A stretch of 64,000 nt of DNA from Felis catus (taxonomy: Eukaryota): contig NC_058373.1 in the NCBI RefSeq assembly GCF_018350175.1, positions 107,634,001-107,698,000 of the forward strand, in the 5' to 3' direction. Made by a program: the position numbers and the translations under genes. Shown here in pieces: positions 24,581-37,779 of this stretch. The notes under the pieces are model-generated. The model was not told where the DNA came from and did no database searches. It saw only the letters and a program-made list of their open reading frames with translations. Each line of letters begins with the position of its first letter. Position 1 is the first letter of the stretch.

Positions 24581-25169
24581 ACGAAGTAAATGTTTAAAAT
24601 TAATTTCTAATATGTTTAGAGCCCCCTCATTTCTCCCCGGAAAGGTCAGTGATGTAATTTTTATATGGCCTTTCATGTAATGGGTCTATTAGGTCTCTAC
24701 CTGGTAGCCCTTGCCTGTTTCTCTCTCTTTTTCTCTGTTTTCTTCTTTCTCAAGGACTTGTTCAAATCTCATCTTTGTCAATTACTAACTTCCCAGTCAT
24801 TTAGCCTTTCTAAGCCTCCATTTCTTTATCTGAAAAATGGAGCTAGTAATGCCCCATTTATGAGATTGTGGAACTGATAAAATATATTAAATATAATCAC
24901 ATACTCACATAAAGTACACTCAGTAGGGACAGCTATGATCATAGGTGTTGCTCTTCTGAATACAACTAGTTTTCTAATCTCACCCCCCCATCTCCCTTTA
25001 AGAAAACCTCAGCTGACAGTTTCTAGGCTCTGAGATCTTAGGTTAATCAGGTCTTCAAAGTCCTTCAACTTAAATATTCATATTATTCCCCAAAAAGGGA
25101 GGCCAGAGGTTTTTCTTCTACCTGAAGATCTTCTTTAGCCTCTTAATCTGTCTGCCTTCATTCTTGTCG

Positions 25170-25229
25170 TGCTTCAGACCTTCTCCAAACAGCAGCCAAA
25201 GTGGCGTCGTAAAAACAGAAATTCAAAAC

Positions 25230-25265
<36 letters not shown>

Positions 25266-25610
25266 CCCACCTCCCCCGGAAGTCCAGGATCCTGTCACTC
25301 CCTTTCTGGAACCGCTTCAATGGTTTCCCCTTATACTTAGAATAAGATCTAATCTGCTTTCTCGGGGACCAGGATTCTCCGAGCTTGTCTTCCCTCTGGG
25401 TCCCCACCCAGTTTTCCCTCTCTCTCAATCTGTCTCTGTGCTTCAGTTACATGGCCACCTTTCTGATCTTTCTGTTCTTTGATGGCATTCAGCTGCCTGA
25501 AGGCTCTACTCTCACTCAGCCCTGGGCTTGAAACACTCTTCCCCTGAACTCTTGACTCTTTCAGCTCAAATGTCACCCTCTTCAGAGATGCCATCCCACT
25601 ACCTGTTTTC
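25170..25610 (+). mobile_element. L2 fragment containing an (ACA)n microsatellite (~25229-25266)
   Basis: CTCCAAACAGCAGCCAAAGTG...TCAATGGTTTCCC...TCAGCTCAAATGTCACC is typical of the L2 3' region. Confidence 0.75.
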
Positions 25611-26456
25611 CCCCTGCTGGGGGGAAACAACTTAAAAACAATCAGCTCAAACCAAAAGACCACAGAAACAAACGCAGTATCTTTCAAAGCAAGGAGCGAG
25701 AGCCAGAGGATTAACCAATTTCTAGAATCAAAGCAACAAAAAAAGATCGTTGTTAATAAGAAGCCTGATTCCATGGCTTGGGTGGTCAGAGCTTGGGTGG
25801 ATATAATTCTACCCCACGGAAACTACTGAGGAGCTCATAGAAGAGTGAAAAAATTTGACTTCCCCTCATCCCAAGGAAAATAAAATAATTTTCCCCAAGC
25901 AGCTTCAAGGAAAGTAGGAGGAGAGAATAGGTTTATTTTTGTAATTATGATAATCTATTATGTATTTAACACCCACACTGCCTAGGTCTGCTAAGAGAAT
26001 CAGTTTTTGCCTACTTACTGATTTTTTTCTCAGGCCCCACCAATGGGCTTTGTTTTCATAACATAAAAGAAATTTTTGGTTTCTGTAGAGAAAATTATGG
26101 AAGCAACATATACTTCGTAATTGGGTCTGAATTTTTTCAAGTCTTAACTCACTTTCTGATGTGCCTGGTCTGCGTTGTTTAGAGGCCATTGGTTTTGATG
26201 GCTTTGGGAGTTTGTTGAACTGCTGCAGATTATATATATATATGATATTTTTTTCCTGAGTAATTTGGTTTTGATCAAACCCCCAAATAAACTTTTTTCC
26301 AACTTCTTTCCCTTTTAGTTTACAAGCTCACATGTATTTCTTAAAAAATGTAATCCACATGGTTATATTCATTTATGCCCAACTCATCCCAGGATCACTG
26401 GCAGAGAGATACATCTTTAAAGTATGTGAAGAAAAACAAACTTCTCCTAAAACATT

Positions 26457-26495
26457 TTGTGTGTGTGTGTGTGTGTGCCTGTGTGTGTGTGTGTG
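26457..26495. repeat. Interrupted (TG)n microsatellite
   Basis: Seen directly. Confidence 0.95.
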
Positions 26496-26754
26496 CCTGA
26501 AATGATGGCACATTTGCTCAGAATCCTAAATAGGTAACTCTAATAGGTAGCTATTGTTCTGATGTGTGAAATAGGAAGATTTTAAGCAGTTGACAATAAA
26601 GTTACATATTATTTGAATTTAATTTTCTAAATAAGAAGTGCTTTCTATTTACTTGTTGGCATTTCAGGATTTTCCCTTCACTATTCAAATCCTGAGCAAT
26701 GCTTCCACACTAGACTAATTTTCCTATGGGAAGAGTCATGGCAGCAAGAGAAAA

Positions 26755-26920
26755 TAACTAGCATGTGATTCGAGACAAGTTAACCACTCTGAGCCCAAGT
26801 TTCCTCTACTGTTAATTAGGATTCAGATATCCAATCTGTAGAGTTGTTGCAAGGATTAGAGATAATGTAGGTAAAGCTCCTAGAATAATGTGTGGCTTAT
26901 AGTAGAGTTTTAACAAGTGG
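26755..26920 (+). mobile_element. MIR
   Basis: CAAGTTAACCACTCTGAGCCCAAGTTTCCTC...GTTGTTGCAAGGATTAGAGATAATGTAGGTAAAGC. Confidence 0.75.
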
Positions 26921-28171
26921 TAAATGGTTCTATCTATATAGTCTTTAGTAATATTTTTGGTGAAGCTATATGTGACACTATCACCACCAAGTTGGTTATA
27001 GTGTGTGTGTGGAGAGGCGTGTGCAGAAAGGAAAGTCTACAGAGTGGCCAGGTGGCCAAAGTGGGCTGCTTTTAGAAAGGCTTCTTTAAGAAAAGCAGTA
27101 CTTGTTGCCCTAGATATTTAGGGAACAGGACACTACTAAGCTCAGCATCTTTACAAACCCACATTTAGAGCAGATGGTCAGTTGGCCATTTGTCCACCAC
27201 CAACCAAATGTTGATGGGGGTCATGATGGTTTTGGGGCCACACTTTGAAGGACATTGTTGTAAATAATGCCTGTGAGGAGGACCTCATGATTTTTGCGTA
27301 CGTGATCTTCAGACCTTCAACTTCCCTATATCTTAGAATATTAGTTTTCTGCAATTATAGCTCAGGGAACAGGATAATGGATTCTAAAATAGGAAATAAA
27401 GAGAGAGTGTCTCTGTCCCAGCACAAATCTGAAATGGCAGCCCCTGCATGAAGCCACCCATGAACATGAGGTGTCTCCAGGTCTTACAATGCATTGACCA
27501 CAGGTATGTTGCACACTTTGAATGGGAGTGTTTGTAGGGAACAGTGAAAAAGCAGGGGAAGCCATAGTAGGCAATCATGGGAAAGATTGTGTCAAATGGC
27601 AGGGCAAACCACTATGGCAACCTCCAGAAGTAATTATGGACATCTGGATTGATGAAAAGAACTACAGGATGGCAGGCATTCTGCATTTGGGACTGGGTTT
27701 TCCCAAAGGAAGATAAATGGAAAAAACATGTTTGCTTTAACTGCTGACTCATGGTACAAAGTTTTAATTCAGAGACTATAATTGAAAATGCAGCAAGAAT
27801 GTAAAAGATTTACATAGAAAATATTTTAGCATATTGGCAAGACATTAATTATAAAACCAGATGGTCATGGTAGAAAAATCAACCAAGAGGCCTTTGTTTG
27901 TCTTTTGTTTTCTTAGCATGAAACATTTTTGCTTTACAAATTTCAGTATTCTGGTATACATAAGCAACACTACCTTTTCATTAAGATTAGTATAAAGAGT
28001 TATTGCCTGGTGTTCTGGAATATAAAAAAAAATATCAGAAATCATCATTATGGAAACCTGGAATATAAAAGCATTCTTGTGATAGAAGCTTCATGACCAA
28101 GACACTAGTTCTCTCTCCCCAGAGGCCAGTCTAATGAGACCATATTTCTCAGTTCCTATTAACCGTGACCG

Positions 28172-28480
28172 CTGTCTCAGTCAGGGGTCATTTGTTTGCA
28201 ACAGAAGGTTGGAACAGAACTGCCTGAAATTAGCTCAGAAAGGAGAGTTTATTGTAAGGATATAGGAGGCTTTCTCTCTCAGAAATTTCATGTTCAGGGC
28301 ATACGATCAGTTTAGAAAGTTCATCTTGACAATACGTCCCTCCCTCTTTGTCTTAAGACACAAGGCATCTTCTGTCTCCCTCTGCACACCTTCTCCATGA
28401 AAACCTCCTTTCCTCCCCAGGCTGGGTTTTTCTGCTTGGGAAACAATAGGCCCACCATGCCTGCCTATTTGAGTTTAAGT
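28172..28480 (-). mobile_element. Old MaLR LTR fragment (MLT1K-like)
   Basis: TGTCTCAGTCAGGG...TTTGCAACAGAA...TTTATTGTAAGGATATAGG. Confidence 0.45.
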
Positions 28481-28484
28481 CTAC

Positions 28485-29030
28485 AATCTTCGCCTTTGTT
28501 TACTATTTGTCCCATCTGGGTTTTTTTGTTCCTCTTTTTCTACATTCTTCTTTCTTACATTAATTTAGCATTTTAAAAATTATTCCGTCTTTCACAGTTA
28601 GCTTCTAGATTATATACTCTTTAATTATTCTTTTTGTGGTTACCACAGAGATTACAAACATGTGTCCCTAACTTATTAGAGTCTACTATAAATTGATACT
28701 GCTGATACTTCTTGGACAGTAAAAGAACCTCACAACATTTAAGCTGATTTTCCTGTTTAGGGCCATTGTTATTGTTATCGTGTGTTTTATTTCTACATAC
28801 TTTTAATCCCACAAAACATTATTATTATTTTTCCAAATAGTCAATATTCATTATATTTTACCCACATGTTTACCTTTTCCATTTCTCTACATTCTTTCCT
28901 GTATTACCATGTTTCCATCTGGGATTATACTCCTTCTAAGTAACTTCTTTTAATATTTATTTTAAGTAAATGCCCACTGCCAGCACATTCTCTCAGTTTT
29001 CTTTGTTTGAGAGTCTTTGTTTTGAAACTT
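28485..29030 (-). mobile_element. Old L1M fragment
   Basis: T-rich; TTTCCATCTGGGATTATACTCCTTCT and ATTCTCTCAGTTTT motifs. Confidence 0.7.
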
Positions 29031-29489
29031 ACTCTATGATAAATGGGTTTTTCTTCTGCTTGTGGCACTTTCTCTGCCCAAATTTACACACATAAACTAG
29101 TTTTCCCACCTTCAGGGAGACACTGCAATAATTATGAGAAATGTTGATAGTTTAGTATGTGAATGTATATCTTTTGCCTAAAAGGGAGGACTCGAGTGCA
29201 TTTTATGATTCCAAATTGATAAAATGTCAGGTCTTGAAGGCCTAACTTGTGTCAGGCAATGTGCTAGTCACTGGGAATATAAAATCAAATAAGGCATGAT
29301 GCTGTCTTCTAACAACTCATGGTCTTATAGAAAAGACAGGTAAACAAATGTGATAAGCTGTGCGATAGAATCACACATAGGTGATTTTAGGAGCCAAAGG
29401 AAGAACCTCCAAATCAGAATTAAGAGTCAGGAAATGTTTCGCAGGAGACACCTTGGGTTGAATTTGAAGAGTAGAAGTTGTTGGACCCA

Positions 29490-29936
29490 TGTATTAGTTA
29501 AGAGTGATTTGACTGCAAGTAACAGAATATCTGACTAACAATGACTTAGATGGAAGTCCTGAGGCATTTGACATTGATTTTAGCTGTGCATTTATGTTCT
29601 TTGTTTTTCTGCTCTGCCATCCTTATGGTCATGGCTTTTTATCCTTGTGCTTTATGGTCTCCTAATTTCAACAGGATATCCACATCTCCCAAAATAACAT
29701 CCCTGCTGAAGGTGGATAAAAGAGGGGGGATGGACAGCACCAGCTGTATAGACCTGTTTCTTTACAAGTCTCACAGCAGACTTCCTCTTGTATCTCATTG
29801 GCCATGATAGTAGGTCTTGTGGCCACTTCTAGCTGTAAGGAATCTGACAAAGGAGGGTCTGCTTTGCAGGCCTCTGGAGAGGGAGGTAACAGGGTGCTGG
29901 AAAGGGCCGTTGGGTTAGTCAACCACTGTGTCTGCA
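29490..29936 (-). mobile_element. MaLR LTR (MLT1J/K/L-like) inside the L2
   Basis: TGTATTAGTTAAG...GACTGCAAGTAACAGAA...CAGCAGACTTCCTCTTGTATCTCATTGGCCA. Confidence 0.7.
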
Positions 29937-30175
29937 TGAATCTAAGGTGGGGACAATGCCTTCAGGGACAGGGAACAAATGTGTAAAAGTTTGGAGTTAT
30001 AAAATTTTATGTACATTTGGAGAACTGCAAGTAGTTCTAGAACAAATGGGGCATGCCCAGGTAGGCTAGAAAGGTAGACAGTGGCCAGAACACAAGGTGA
30101 CTTATGGGCTAAAGAGTCAGGCCATGAGCAAAAGAGGGTCTCATCTAGAGGAGGGAAGTGATCAGACTTGTGTTT

Positions 30176-30894
30176 GCTTTTTTTAAATTAAAGTTGGTTT
30201 TTATTTTATTTAAAAACATTTTTTAACATTCATTTATTTGTGAGAGACAGAGTGTGAGTGGGGGAAGGGCAGGGGGTGAGGGAGACACAGAATTCAAAGC
30301 AGGCTCCAGGCTCTGAGCTGTCAGCACAGAGCCCGACGTGGGGCTCGAACTCACAGACTGCGAGGTCATGACCTGAGCTGAAGTCGGATGCTTAACTGAC
30401 TGAGCCACCCAGGCGCCCCATTATTTTATTTTTTATTGAAGCGTAATTGAAAGACAGCATTATGTTAGTTTCATATGTATAACATAATGATTTGACATTT
30501 GTATGCATTGTGAAATGGTCAACACATTAAGTCTGTTTATCATCCACCACCATACAAAGTTACAACAATTTTTTTCTTGTGATGAGAACTTTTAAGATTT
30601 ACTTTCTTAGCAACTTTCAAATTTAGAATACAATATTATTGACTGCAGTCCCCATGCTGTGCATTACATCCCCATGACTTATTTATTTTAGAACTGGAAG
30701 TTTGTACCTCCTGATCTCCTTTACCCGTTTCACTCACCCCCTCCTGCCCCGCCTCTGGCGACCACGAATTTGTTCTTTGTATCTATGAATTTTGTTTTGT
30801 TCGTTCATTTGTTTTATTTTTTAGATCCCAGATATAAGTGAAATCATATGATATTTGTCTTTCTTTGTCTGACTTGTTTCACTTAGCATAATAC
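30176..30894 (-). mobile_element. L1 3' end (L1_Carn/L1MA-like) with a SINE in its tail
   Basis: GATGAGAACTTTTAAGATTTAC...TTTCACTTAGCATAAT; TSD-like TCAGA(C/G)TTGTGTTT at 30162-30175 and 30895-30908. Confidence 0.85.
30212..30419 (-). mobile_element. Can-SINE
   Basis: Full length; TSD-like TTATTTTATTT. Confidence 0.93.
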
Positions 30895-31089
30895 TCAGAG
30901 TTGTGTTTTCAAAAGATTGCTCTGGTGGCAATGTTGAAGTTGTCTTGGAAGCAATCCAGATTGGAGCCAAGAAGAATAATCAGAAAGCTATTGCAGTAAT
31001 GTAGACAGGAAGGGATAAGGAGTAACTGTGGAGATAAAGATGTATCAATGAACATGAACTCTATTTAAACAATAGCTATTACAATGTAA

Positions 31090-31290
31090 TATAGTTTAGT
31101 TGTTAAGAATTGGGGTTTTGGAGTAAGGTATAACTGGGTTCAAATCTGCTCTGCCATTTCCTAGCTGTACAACTCTGGGAGCATCACTCAACCTCTAGGA
31201 ATCTCTTTTCATTTGCAAAGTGGGGGCAGAGAGAGGCCAGTATCCTCTTCATAGGGGTTAAATGATATAATACAGTAAATTGTTAATGTA
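31090..31290 (+). mobile_element. MIR
   Basis: GTTAAGAATTGGGG...CTGGGTTCAAATCTGCTCTGCCATTTCCTAGCTGT. Confidence 0.75.
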
Positions 31291-31974
31291 GAATCACATT
31301 CAGTTCTTTATATATGAATATACTCACACATTTATATAGATGCTAACATAGAGCGAAAAGAATAGATCTAAGTGGACCACAGGTTTCAGACTCTGGATGG
31401 TGGATGGGGAATATTAGAGGGGAAACAGGTTTGAAGGAAAGAAATCTAAGCTCAGTACTGGAAACATTTGCCTTTAAGGTAATTTAGGGACATTCAAATG
31501 GCCTATGCCATTGGGCATGTGACACTTGAGCACAATGAATTTGACCAAAAATAGACGTTTGAGTATCACATATTACACATTATAGTTGAAATTTGATTGA
31601 GATCACTTAGTTATCTGAGTCATCTTTGGAGGATTTGGGATAGGGAAAGTAGCTGGGAAGAAGACTAAAGAAATGGCTGCAAGGGTGGAAGACAAACCAG
31701 GAGAGTCACATGAGACAAGGGAAGGGGTGACCAAATGCACTAAGTGGTACAGAAAGTTCCAATCCTGACTTTTATCATTACAGGTCGTAGAAAGCCTCAG
31801 TGAATGGGTATTTTGCAGAGTAGTAGAGATTTAAGCTGCATGGCATGGGTTGGAGAGTGAATGGGAAGAAAGAAGATAGAGATAGTGAACCTAAGGTGCT
31901 ATCTCCATAAACTTGGCCATGACCAAAATGAAGTAACTGGACAATAGCTGGAGTGAGGGAAAGTCAACAGATGG

Positions 31975-32336
31975 CATCTTAGTCTGCTCAGGCTTCCATA
32001 ACAGAATACCACTGACTGGGTGGCTAAAATAACAGAAATTTGTTTTCTCATAGTTCTAGAGGCTGGAAGTCTATGATCAACTTGCCAGCAAATTCCATTT
32101 CTGGTGAGAACTCTCTTTCTGGCTTATAGATGGTTGCCTTCTTGGTCTGTCCTCACATGGCCTTTCCTCAGTGAGTGCTAGTGGAGAGAGAAATTAGGAT
32201 CAGGGCCCTGCCCTAATGACTTCATTTAACTTTAATTACTTCCTTAGAAGTACCCCCTCTCCAAATACAGTCAGACTCGGGGTTAGTGCTTCAACATATG
32301 AGTTTTAAAGGGGACACAGACCTTCAGTCCATAACA
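31975..32336 (-). mobile_element. MLT1A-type MaLR solo LTR
   Basis: TCTTAGTCTGCTCAGGCT...TTCAGTCCATAACA; perfect 5-bp TSD GATGG at 31970-31974 and 32337-32341. Confidence 0.9.
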
Positions 32337-32939
32337 GATGGATTTTATGAAAACAAACAAACAAACAAACCTGAAGATGTTGGTGTGTATGTGAGTGCTG
32401 AGGTAGAAGAGCTAGTAAGGAGGACAATATTAAAAATACAGGAGAAAGAACATGGCTATTGGAATGATGACCCTTAGAAGCGAAAGTATAGCCTTGGATC
32501 ACAGAACTAAGGGTGAAGGGAGTGGAGATGGAGTAAAGATGGATGCACTAGTAGGTGTTCTGGTAGGGAATTCCAGGCTGATAGAAGATGCAAAGTCATT
32601 TGAGAATGAGGTGATAGTCAGGAGGAAGGGGTTTAAGGAGATAGGTAGATGTGTGGTTGCTTAAGCCCTGGCTGCACCGAGACTGGGAATTGATAATGGT
32701 CCAGTTTTCCCAGTTGGGTGATGATGCCTCATTTAGGTAAGTATCTTACACATCCTTGAAGGCTGCTAATCTGCTCAACCATTACTACCATTTTGTATTA
32801 GCTGTCATCTAGAGACACCAAGTTGAAGCTTGAGTTGAAATTCCTGCCTTTGAGTCCAGAAGTACAGGTTGGAGAAGATACAGTAGCAGGTATCATTAAA
32901 ATAAAAGGGAACTTTAGTTGTCAGGACTGTAAGGGTTCA

Positions 32940-33200
32940 TGGTGCCCATTGCACTTTTGGCCTGCATTGGTAAAAATACAATATAGACAACAAAGAAAGT
33001 AAAAATCCCTCTCCCATATGCACCTGTCAGGCTATAACTAGAGAATTCTGGGCACCACACTTGAGAAGAGCATGAACTATGTTGTAGTGACACAGAACAA
33101 CAGACAGGACTCGTGTCTTGCCATGTGACACATGGGTATAGCCACTAAGGGACATTTAGTCTAGAGAAGAGAAGATTCAGCAGTAATAAGATAATTGCTG
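32940..33200 (+). mobile_element. CR1/L3 LINE fragment
   Basis: TTCTGGGCACCACACTTGAGAAG...TTTAGTCTAGAGAAGAGAAGATTCAG are CR1 RT 3' motifs. Confidence 0.65.
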
Positions 33201-33439
33201 GTTTAATCAGTCTATCTTATCTTTTATGGGTTCTCACTTCAAAAGAGGTTTCACACCTGCTGTTTCATTGCTTTCCTCTAACTTCCCTGGGGAAGAGGGA
33301 CATTATTACCCAGACTTCACAGACGGGGAGATTGAGACATCTAGAGGATAAATACAGGAGGCAGCCCAGGCAACCAACATTCAACAACTTGCTCCTTCAC
33401 CATCTCATTCTTGACGATCATAATAAATGTTTCCCCCTG

Positions 33440-33755
33440 TCTCCTCCCATAAAAATCCTCCCATCCTGCAGAGCCCAGCTGGAATTTCTCTTCAAAGAAG
33501 CTTCCTCTGCATCATGGAGCCCTCTTGTCTCCTTTGAAATCTGACAGTATTCAACATTTTACTAAGGATCTAAACAATATAAATAAAATGGCAGCTGTTG
33601 TTGGGCCTGCACTCCTGGGTTATATATTATTTTGTGTTGTTCACTGCAGTTTGGCATATGTTGGTCACCTCTCCCTCCATACGGTGAAAATAGGGGTTCT
33701 TATCTCTCATAAGGCCTGGTCCAGTGCTGAACCCTGAAGAGGTGTTCAATATTAT
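33440..33755 (+). mobile_element. L2 3' fragment
   Basis: AATCCTCCCATCCTGCAGAGCCCAGCT...AGGTGTTCAATA. Confidence 0.55.
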
Positions 33756-34158
33756 GCCCTTTGCCCCATAAAGAACAATCTTGCCATTTTACAAGACTGT
33801 CCATTATACACTGCATCCTTGAAAACATAGTCTGAAACAAAGGTCAGTCAGTATGTTTGCTTGCGTTTGCTTGGAAGTGTAAGACACCCATGAAGAATTG
33901 TCTCCCAATGATAGGTAATTCTCAAATATTCCCAAGCATTAACATTTTAGCAGCTAATAAGAGCTACCAATTATCTCCTTGACATTCTCCTGATCGATAA
34001 AGTAGATAATAAAAACTGGAATACCAGGAGATTTAACAAGATTGTGTTTTTTTTTAAATATGGCCTGCAAATACTTCTACTTAACCTAAATTAATCCTTG
34101 AAAAAAAATTACATATGACTGATTTGAAGCACCTATTTTTCCGTTTTAAGTTTTCCTT

Positions 34159-34218
34159 AAAAAAATTTTTTTTAAATGTTTTTAAATTTTGGACAGAGAG
34201 AGAGCAAGTGCCCCCAGA

Positions 34219-34264
<46 letters not shown>

Positions 34265-34379
34265 CCGAAGCAGGTTCCATGCTTAGTGCAGAGCCTAATG
34301 TGGGCCTGGATTCCCGACCCTGGGTTCATTACCTGAGCTGAAATCAAGAGTTGGACACTCAATTGACTTAAGCCACCCA
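34159..34379 (-). mobile_element. Can-SINE, older type with (GA)n
   Basis: GAATCCGAAGCAGG...TGAAATCAAGAGTTGGACACTCAATTGACTAAGCCACCCA. Confidence 0.9.
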
Positions 34380-34479
34380 TTAAATTTTACTTCTGCCCAC
34401 ATACTATTTCCGAGACCTCATGTATTTGAGGACAATGCTTTTGATTTTCTTTGAATTAGCCATTCCCCTGGCTATTCAA

Positions 34480-34930
34480 CACTCATTCCATTCACTGAGT
34501 ACATGATCCTTCATGATACAGCCTCAGCCTCATCCAAACGAATTCATTCACTCATGTAGGTTCTGCTCCATCCTAATTCTGGAAGCATCTCAAGCATGTT
34601 CTTCCATGCCTGTACACCTTTGCGTGTGCTTTTTTTTTCCCTCTGCTGGAAAGCTTGCCTATTTTTTTTTTTTTTTTGAGAAGGTAAACTATTTGTCCTC
34701 CAAAACAAGACTTATGCTTTGTCTTCTCTGTGGAACATTTCCTATATCCTCTAAGTGGAATTACTGCTGCCTCCGTGATCTTTGTTCATCTATAATAGCA
34801 CCTCCTATACCGCACTATAATTATCTATTTATATAGCAATCTCAGTCAGTTTGAGAGTAGGAACTATGTCTCTATATTCCTATGCCAAACAGAGTGGATG
34901 TTAAGGAATTTTTTTTTCTCCAAATGAATG
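34480..34930 (+). mobile_element. L2 3' fragment
   Basis: Degenerate L2 3' UTR ending in AAATGAATG. Confidence 0.5.
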
Positions 34931-35404
34931 TATACATTAGACCTCTTGGTCACAAGCAACTGATGATCTCAAGAAAAAAGATTTTATTGGATAACCAATG
35001 GAGATAAGTCATTGAAGGACTAGAAAACTGGGTTTGGAGAATGGGTGGGACACAAGGGAACTCAAGAGGGCAAATCAGCAGGGACAAAGAAATTCTCACT
35101 ATCATTCATATCTTTGCATCCCTCCCCTGGGATTCCCAGGATGGGGAGAATGTCCCATTGACCAAGTCTGTGTCTCATGCACACCTTCACACCTTCAGTC
35201 TATTCACTCCACGGACAGGCTGGGATGAGGTACACCCAACCTTGTCAGGTTGTGAGTCTGGGGGCTGGGAGCTGGGGGCAGGTACTACTTCTCACCAAGA
35301 TTACATACATTCGGGAAAAGCAATTCCCTGAAAGGAAACCAACATGTAATATGAAGGGAAATCAAATGTGTCCAACAATAAAAAAAGTGACAAATGTCTA
35401 CTAT
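34931..35404 (-). mobile_element. Old MaLR LTR (MLT1K/N-like)
   Basis: CTTGGTCACAAGCAAC...TTTATTGGA...TTCCCTGAAAGGAAA...ACAAATGTCTACTA. Confidence 0.5.
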
Positions 35405-36222
35405 GAATGAAATTTTGCAGAAAAAGAGACTATGTGATTTTAAAATCAATTTAATATTGGATTGGTTGATTACCAGCAAGCTCACTTGTGACATTTAGCA
35501 CCTTTCTTTACTTTCCTTGATGAACTCAGAGCTCTTGCATAAATTTAATAATGTGTTATGTATCCCCTGGGTGTCTGATTTACTGACTTGAGCTGAATGA
35601 CTGGACTCAATACAAAAAGAGCTTGCAAAGTTCGCCTATGGCTTTCCAGCCATGAAGGAACTAAGCTCTTATGCTCCCTGGAGATGTTAAAAATTCTAAA
35701 ATGAAGTACCCTCTGCTCTGGTTTCTGCATTTCAGCATCTCTCTTCTGCTCTCACATACTTTTGCCATTTTAAAATTAAATCTAAGAAACTCATTCCATA
35801 TTTTTCATCATCTGCTTTTGAAAGTGAATGTTATGGATTTATGGTTTGAGGTTCTTTGATGTTAGAGCAGCAAACTATGCTTGCTTCACTTGTTTTTGTT
35901 TCATTTTTTTTCACATCTATGAAGCTTTGATAATTTGATTTATTAAAACACCACAGTCAATGTAGGGGAACTGACACCACTTGCGTTGTTGGAAAGTGTC
36001 ACAAAACATCAGGCGCTAGTTCCCTATGGAGAGCTTATATCTGTTATTATGTACCCCTCTCCTCTTTGGTCCTCGGGGAAGTTTGGTATCAAGCAACATC
36101 TCAAACTATACCCCAAGGATATTTATTTCTAGGACATTTCAAGATTTTAATAACTATATCCCACCCCCTCATTTGTATTTTGTGCCTGCTAAGATGTACA
36201 CAAAGGTCGGTTAGTTTTTCTT

Positions 36223-36462
36223 TGTTTATTTTATTTTATTTTTTTATTTTTAATGTTTATTTATTTTTGAGAGAGAGAGAGAGAGACAGAGTGTGAGTGA
36301 GGGAGGGGCAGAGAGAGAGAGAGGGAGACACAGAATCTGAAGCAGGCTCCAGGCTCTGAGCTGTCAGCACAGAGCCCGATGTGGGGCTCGAACTCACAAA
36401 CTGCAAGATCATGACCTGAGCTGAAGTTGGACACTTAACTGACTGAGCCACCCAGGCACCCC
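36223..36462 (-). mobile_element. Can-SINE
   Basis: Full length; TSD TAGTTTTTCTT at 36212-36222 and 36469-36479. Confidence 0.95.
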
Positions 36463-37439
36463 ATCAGCTAGTTTTTCTTATCAAGCAGCAGAAATGCTCC
36501 TTCCCCTTCCTTCATAGTGACTGTGGATCTGATATATTAAAATTTATGTTTTATATGGTATCCCTTTAAATGTCTCAGGGAATTGGGACTTCCTGAAGCC
36601 AGGGAATAATTATCTTTATCCCACTGTATACATTATAGATCCCTGAGCAGGAGTAATGATGAAAGGGAAAAAATGATCCTTGCTACAAGGCAGGGGGTGT
36701 TTTTCTGTCCTCAGTTTCTATCAGAAAGTGGTGGTGGTGGGGGCAGGTGGAGGGAAGGGAGAAGATGGGGGATGGTGAGAGGGAAAGAATGAGAATAGGA
36801 AAACTTTAGCCAGAGTGGAAAGCGTGGATAAGCAGACTATCAGAAGAACTTAAAAACATAGAAAAATGTCAGGGTTAGAAGAGTCCCTAGATATATTCAC
36901 TACAATTCCCTCTATAACATCACTGGGTTTCAAAGAAAGGAACCCTCATGTGCTACAATTTAATGAATATGTTCATGTGTAGAGGGGATATTATAAAAAT
37001 ATAATAGGAGAATCTTTCAGGCATCTGAGGAATAGAAAAAATCCAGGTCAAATGGAAACCAGAACTGGAAAGATGGAAACCTGGGGCTCTCTCTCTCCCC
37101 CCCACCCCCACCATGTGTCAGGTATTGTACAATCTCTTTCTTCTCGAGATTGGCCATTCAACACACAGTACAATATAGTCTATTATTAATTTCTTCACCC
37201 AACAAGAAAATAGAAAAGCAATTAGACATGTCAAGAAATACAAAAAGTCATGGTCTAAAAATGCAAATTAATCTGTGACATGATATTTTGAATTGATAGA
37301 GCGTCAAGAGAGAGAATACATTTAACCTTGGTATTAGGAATATTCTCCTTGTCATGACACAGGCTTAAAATAACATAAGAATTACGATATCTTGCTAATG
37401 GATCCATTCACACTACTTAATAATATAATAGCACAAATG

Positions 37440-37620
37440 GTAAAATTTCTGTTGAAATTCTTACTATGTGACAGGCACTGTGCTAAGTGATTTAGATAGA
37501 TTATTTCATTTAATCTTCAAACAATCCTATAGTGTAGGTATTATTATCCCATTTTTTTTCAGATGAAAAATTAAGGCACAGAGAAATTAAGTAACCAAGT
37601 CATACGACTCTTAAGTGGCA
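37440..37620 (-). mobile_element. MIR
   Basis: TACTATGTGACAGGCACTGTGCTAAG...CAGATGAAAAATTAAGGCACAGAGA. Confidence 0.8.
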
Positions 37621-37779
37621 GTTATTCTAAAGCCTCAGGCTTTATTACTCTGATATATTGTTTCTGGCTAGGCTATATTATCCCCATGCAGGAATGAATG
37701 ATATTTGCATAATTGTAAATGCTCTTTGGATCTTTAAAAGAATCTATAGATAAAGCATGTAAAACTTGATTATAAATCC

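Larger units (their letters stand above)
29225..32650 (-). mobile_element. Long fragmented L2, interrupted by LTRs, L1, SINE and MIR
   Basis: Reverse-strand L2 motifs (CAGGCAATGTGCTAGTCACTGGG; AAAGATTGCTCTGGTGGCAATG; AGAAAGCTATTGCAGTAAT). Confidence 0.75.
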
